Shown piece after piece: positions 37,101 to 42,237 of a stretch of 42,237 bases of DNA. Within the stretch, counting starts at the first letter, position 1; each line of letters starts with the position of its first letter. Source of the stretch: Halocafeteria seosinensis (taxonomy: Eukaryota); assembly GCA_001687465.1 (NCBI GenBank), contig LVLI01000270.1, forward strand, positions 1 to 42,237. The letters run 5' to 3'. The position numbers and the translations under genes were made by a program. The notes below the pieces were generated by a model. It did no database searches. It saw only the letters and a list, made by a program, of their open reading frames with translations, and was not told where the DNA came from.

Positions 37101-38553
37101 GGACTACAACTCGCACCCGCACGCCGTGGTTGATGGTGAGGAGCTTGATGATCTAACAAACGATGGGCGTACAAACCTTCGCGAAAAACTTGACGAAGAG
37201 TACCGTAAACGTCACGACCAAAGCCGGCGTGTCCGCGTAGATCTGAAGGAGTCCAGAAAACGAGTAAACGCCACACGCTTCGCCGGAACCGGGCCCGATG
37301 AGATAAAGGAACCTTCGAAACAAAAGGTTGTAGGGCAAGGTAACACGTTTGAGACAGCAGAGGAAATGCTCCAACGAATTGAATTGGAGGACGCTGGAAG
37401 TGACTCGACTCTGGAAGATGACTTGCCAGATGGTGTTGAACGGCCACAAGTCCCTCCGGAGTATGTGCATACTTTGATGTCCTACTCGCAGGGGGAGGGA
37501 AGTGGACTCAACAAGTTTAACACAGTGCTGTCGGATCTTGATAGGCGGCAGATGCTACAGGAGCAACAAAATAGTAACTTACCCCCTGGCTATGAAGCTG
37601 CTATCAAGGCAGGAAACTCATCGTCACAAGCAGGTAAAGCTGCAGGGATATATGTCGGGAACACCAGCGTTACTTCGTCCGCTCATGATAGGCTGTTAAA
37701 GTACCAAAACGAAGTTGCAGAGTTCAAAAATACAGGAAACAGGGTTCAAGCGCTTGCAAATCGGATGGGAGCCTTGTCCGGGCAGATGGAACTAATGCAG
37801 TACGGCGCACTCCTTAAGCCATTGTTCAAAAACATCTCAAGATTAACTCAGCGGTTAGGCGCGGGTCCCGAAGGCCCACATGACAAGGTAGAAGCCATGA
37901 AAGCAAAGTTGGAAGAGCGCAATGCTAACTCAACTGCTCGAAGTTCAGACAGGGCACGAAGCAACATACGATCATCTTCCGCTGCCAATTCGTCGAGACC
38001 TAGGACCAAACCTACTTTGGATATTCCCATTAGGAAGTCCTATGCTGAATCCGGGCGTCTGGGACAAGGGCAGCTTCAGTTTACTGACGACTCTGGAAAC
38101 TACCTCCTGGAGCCATCCGTTACACCGAGAAGCCCAACTGTAGATGAAATCAAGGCTCGGGCTAGATCCAAGGAGAAACAGTTCAAAGAGGCTCGTTACG
38201 TAATGGATGAAACCGAAGTCGCTGTCAGGAGACAACTGGGTATGCCAAATCCTCCGAAACAGACGGTAATTCCGCCACCCTATACGCTTCCTGACGAAGA
38301 TGAGTTACGAGGAGTCTTGCTGGAGGAATCGTCTCAAAGAAAACCACCCACTCAAGATGTCCTGAAGGATGCCGTCAAACAAACACGGAGACAGCCGTCT
38401 AAAGTCAGCCAGATCGACTGGACCCTCTTTGACGAAATTCAAAATGCAAAAGAAGATCTGGCAAAGCGACTGAATCGGCCGCAGACAATCAAAGAAAAAC
38501 ACGAGGCGGAAGAATCCCGAGCAAAGATAGACCGAGAGGAGTTTACAGCGTAG
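34106..38553 (+). CDS. Large IQ-motif (calmodulin-binding) protein with coiled coils
   Basis: Nine GT-AG exons join in frame; exon ~35061-35809 has seven tandem IQ-like motifs (IQRAVRKY, IQKTWRMF, VQALFRGI, IQRVFRGA, IQAVWRGA, IQKHVRRW, IQRIYRGF), followed by coiled-coil and low-complexity regions. Confidence 0.85.
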
Positions 38554-38602
38554 CACAGAGCATTCGCACACATGGTTCCCTCCAGATTATTTCATTAGCT
38601 TA

Positions 38603-39625
38603 TCAGTTTTTTGGCAAATATCCACGGCATTCGTTGCTTCCACAATAGCACTTGGTGAAAGATAGCTGAACACACTCTTGAGAAGTACCAGTGGCTGCAT
38701 GTGCGTAGTCAAATGTCAACTCCGTGGTTTTCGGTATCTCTTTTACGGCGAAGAAGCAAACTGAGGGAAGCGAGGTCTCCGAACGGACACATACAGGAAC
38801 GAGATTTGGTTCACACGAATGATTTATATATCTCGAGCAGTTGCCAGTCCTCCTAGCATCTATATTGATCTCACATTTGTAGTCTCTCGACATTGATCTC
38901 TCACAGACTGTTAGAAGATATGTACGACGCTCGGACTGATCCTGGGCTTTTCGTCGCCGAATCGCTTCCTCCCTGGATATGATTTCTCCTGTATACTTCG
39001 CAATGAATCGTCCAGGACGCAAGGTCTCCGACGTGAAAAGCCCTTTGCCTTTATCATGTGAGGCACACACTTTCAGTTCCGGCACAGGATTCCATTGTGC
39101 CACACGCTGGGAGCACCGCCTCGATCGGCAGGGACTAGTACTATTGCATTCGAAGACTGGAAGATCGTACCAGTTCATTCTGAACAGCACAAAAGAGTCG
39201 GAAAAAAAAAATATATATACAACATCCAGGATGAATCCCACAATAATGGCAATACACCCACGGTTCCAGAAGCGCGTAAATATTTAGAAGACCGTAACTT
39301 TCCGCTTCTCGCTTATAAAACAATTGCTGAGGTTGAACAAAGGATGCACATATTTCCATTCCTTCCGCGATTTGCTCGAAGCAAGTGTAGTGTCGGAGGG
39401 GTTGGGCAAATTCCCTGTATTGCGGTAGTTGAAGTACATCTTCCTCGGCCACTTCCGTGTCTGTAGCCTGCATGGACAAGCGAGATTTCATTCGTAAAAA
39501 CAAATAAAAAAGTGTCAATCTGAGTATTGCTTGTGTATAACATCAACGGAAATAATACACAAGAAACTCACAGTGATTCCATCTTTCCTGAGCGCTTCGT
39601 CAGGTTCACAGCAGTCTAGCTCCAT
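38603..39625 (-). CDS. SET-domain histone lysine methyltransferase (SETMAR/SUVR3-like), ~278 aa
   Basis: Exons 39625-39572, 39467-39262, 39179-38603. VFECN, KGKGLF, KYTGEII, NIDA...GNCSRYINHSCEPNL, ELTFDY, post-SET CYCGSNECRGYLP. Confidence 0.9.
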
Positions 39626-39845
39626 TGTCTGTTAAATTTCACTTTCCACCCCAGTATCCACTTTTTCATTGTTATAGTTTAGTGCATTTAGCCTCCACAG
39701 TGAAGATGGATATCATAGTGTTGGTAGTAGTAGAAACGCGAACAAACCATCAGAACCTATTGCCTCTATGCGCTTTCGGCTTCACAAACGTACGAAGTGC
39801 CAACTATACCCCACCCATATTCGCCTCTGTGCAGAGCTATTCAGC

Positions 39846-40889
39846 ATGGCAGAGATGACAGAGAATGGAGGCGAAGAGTCCGTTAACGGTGAACTTCCCA
39901 TGAAGCCGCTGAATGGAAAGACTAACCCCCTCAGCGTGGGTGCTGTGGAGATACCGCCCAACGTTGCTCAGGCTTACAGAGCGATTCACGCAGCAACAGG
40001 ATCCGTTGGAGGCAATGGGTGAGTACCATCACACATTTGTACTCGAAACTAGGTAATTTAATGGGTGTGTTTATCTGGAAAATGCAGCACGTTCGGTCCA
40101 ATCTACGGAGAGATAACGATAGGTTCGATGCACAAAGTGCTAACCGCTTTAAACGAACAAGGACGACTAGGCGAAACAACTATGTTTTTGGATATTGGGT
40201 CTGGTCTCGGCAAACCAAGCATTCATGCAGCCGCAGCTTATCCTATCAAGTGCTCAATCGGGGTCGAAGTGGAGAAACTCAGGTATTATCTCTCCTTGGT
40301 GAATCTACAACGGGTTCTCGATGCTGGAATCACGCTGGGGAGAAACAAGCGCACTTGCAACGTGGCATTTCTGAATGCAGATATTCTAAACCTAAGCTCT
40401 CTACAACCGATGACGCATATCTTTTTGTTTGATGTGGGTATGCCTTCCAAAGTTCTCTATCATCTAGGCGAACTCTTCAACAAAAGTGACAGTGCCCGGT
40501 TTCTCATTTGTTTCAAGAAGCCTGCTCTCATGGAAGAGTATGGTTTTCATGTTCGTCTGGTCGACAAAATTAGCGTGGCGATGACCTGCTCTGCAGAGGT
40601 GCATACATGTTTCGTTTATTATAAAAGAAAAAAGAATGTGCATTTTGTGGCAGCAGAGGATGCAATCGAATATGCAATATATTCATGCGAATTTCGATCG
40701 TTGACGAAGTACAAGAAGAGCTTAGGGGAAGAAATTGCTGCATGGAGGGACAAGAATGAAATTATTGACAGAAGATCAAGAAAACCAGCCAGATTGGAGC
40801 AGCAGCAAAAGCAGAAGACAAATGAGAAACGAGCGAGGTCAAGTGACCCCGCTACTGCTAGGGAGAACCGGAAGCGAAGCAAGCGCTAA
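39846..40889 (+). CDS. DOT1-like histone H3K79 methyltransferase, ~324 aa
   Basis: Exons 39846-40018, 40088-40889. GSVGGNG|TFGPIYGEIT, MFLDIGSGLGKPSIHAA, SIGVEV, FLNADI; basic C-terminal tail (NLS-like RKRSKR). Confidence 0.8.
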
Positions 40890-41406
40890 ACGGTTTGGAC
40901 ATTAATACGTTGACGACAAAGAGAGTATTAACAGGAGAATACCCGCAATGGATACTGTTGTACAACTTTGTATTTTATGTGAGTTGAACCTTATGTGAGA
41001 TAAGATCAACGATGCATGGTCTTATGAAATGTTGACACCCTAGGATATCTTCTAGATGGTTATTCTTTACGTGTCGAACGATGGACGAATTGCAAAAGCC
41101 AAACGATTGCTGACTGGTACTGAATACGGCAATATGCAGAAATGTTAGTCCCTGTCAAGAATCAACAATTGAGTGATGGAAAGAGAGTTTTGTGCTAGGA
41201 AACATGGTAAAAATGTGCAATGGTGACTGACTTTTTCCAGAGAAGAATGTTCATTAGATCGCTAATGGGAGCTCGAAAGACTCGAATGGAATAATTGTTA
41301 TGGTTTTACTTGTCCTAGGACCTAGACGTACACAGGTAGTTCGGCTGCTTCTGCACATTTTTGGAAGGTCCTAGGTTGAGCACTTCCGATATCCAAGCAA
41401 GGTCAA

Positions 41407-42237
41407 TCATGACTGCGCCCTGCGAGGAGCCCGCTTTTTTGAAAAGAACTTGAGGGAAGGAAGTTCCGGATCAGTTTTTTTATTGTGTACTTTATTGCTA
41501 TGGGTGCTGCCGTTCGTGTTAATTCCGTCACGCTTTGTATCAAAAGAAAGCGATGTCACCGTTGTCACATATTGTGACCTCAATCTCAAGAGCTTCATAG
41601 ATTCCTTTGCGGCCGCTAGAAGCGACCTGGCGAGCTTGAGGAATAGAAAATGAAGCCAATGGGGAAGGTATCTCCCTTTCGTCTCTACTGTATCTACCTG
41701 CTCGACGAGAGCGAAATGACTCTCTTCTGCGACGAGTCGTTGCCTCAATTTTCTGCATGCACAGTGCTGATAGTCAAGGGATCCAAAAGATTCTTTCTTG
41801 TGCAAGTGTGGGCAACATACCGAAAGAAATTCGAAGAGTGGAATGGCCCAAGGCGTTTCCACCATGTGTTCGTCAGAAACGGCGCATTTTTCAATGAAGG
41901 TAGAGCAAAGTTCCACAAGAGGATTCTCTCCTGGACTCCGCGGATCGCTTGTTCCATGGAGTTTATACACGCTTTGCGTTCGAATCCTCCGGCAACTACG
42001 CGAGGCTTTTTTGCAGCCGTGTTGATTAAAACGTCATACCCTGTCGGTAGAGTAGTGCCCGGGAGAAGAAACATAATAACATCGGAAGAAGTCACCGAGG
42101 CACCCTTGTTCAATGCAGCGTCCAATGATTGTTCCAGCGGAAGCAAGCGTGTCGGAAGCCGTGTTCCAGAAGAGGAGATCGATGCAGCCACCGACGCATA
42201 GTGCTCCCCTGATGAGGAATTTTCCGGAATGTTTTCT
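41407..42237 (-). CDS. Partial (5' end beyond window) glycosyltransferase family 2-like protein, degenerate
   Basis: Frame is open to the window edge; AALNKGASVTSSDVIMFLLPGTTLP...VVAGGF...LP...PFL...LGPF, then an intron and KLRQRL...TVETKGRY. This follows the layout of GT2 'rSAM/selenodomain-associated transferase 2' proteins (NxGA..GD.LLFLHADT.LP..AGAF). Confidence 0.6.

Noticed and set aside
38603..39625. SETMAR-type SET-transposase fusion or mobile element
   Set aside because: The ORF stops right after the post-SET motif; no mariner transposase or terminal repeats are nearby.
734..42237. A selenium gene cluster linking SPS2 with the 'selenodomain-associated' GT2-like gene
   Set aside because: The genes are ~39 kb apart with many unrelated genes between; the family name derives from bacterial gene context and the assignment is itself tentative.
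1..42237. CRISPR arrays, tRNA/rRNA genes, prokaryotic operons or an alternative genetic code
   Set aside because: No regularly spaced repeats or cloverleaf/rRNA signatures were seen. Genes are spliceosomal-intron type, and TAA, TAG and TGA all serve as normal stops; only the SPS2 UGA appears recoded.

Overview
Compact, intron-rich eukaryotic (protist-like, possibly stramenopile; taxon not determinable here) genomic DNA with about 18 protein genes split by short (mostly ~55-90 nt) GT-AG introns, so the six-frame ORF track fragments or misses most of them. In order: selenophosphate synthetase SPS2 with an in-frame UGA (Sec) and a type II SECIS in its 3' UTR; a HEXIM-like protein; an ALA2-type P4-ATPase flippase; a divergent Rab; a galectin-like+RRM protein; COG4; a membrane-anchored SAM methyltransferase; meiotic ZIP4/SPO22/TEX11 (with a GC-AG intron); a tandem array of four small type I membrane proteins of an unrecognised family; a kinesin-fold protein lacking its nucleotide-binding motifs; PET100; a multi-IQ protein; a head-to-head SET-domain and DOT1-like pair; and a partial degenerate GT2-like gene. 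No rRNA, tRNA, CRISPR array or mobile element was recognised. All gene models were spliced by hand and all homology calls rest on remembered motifs, not database searches.
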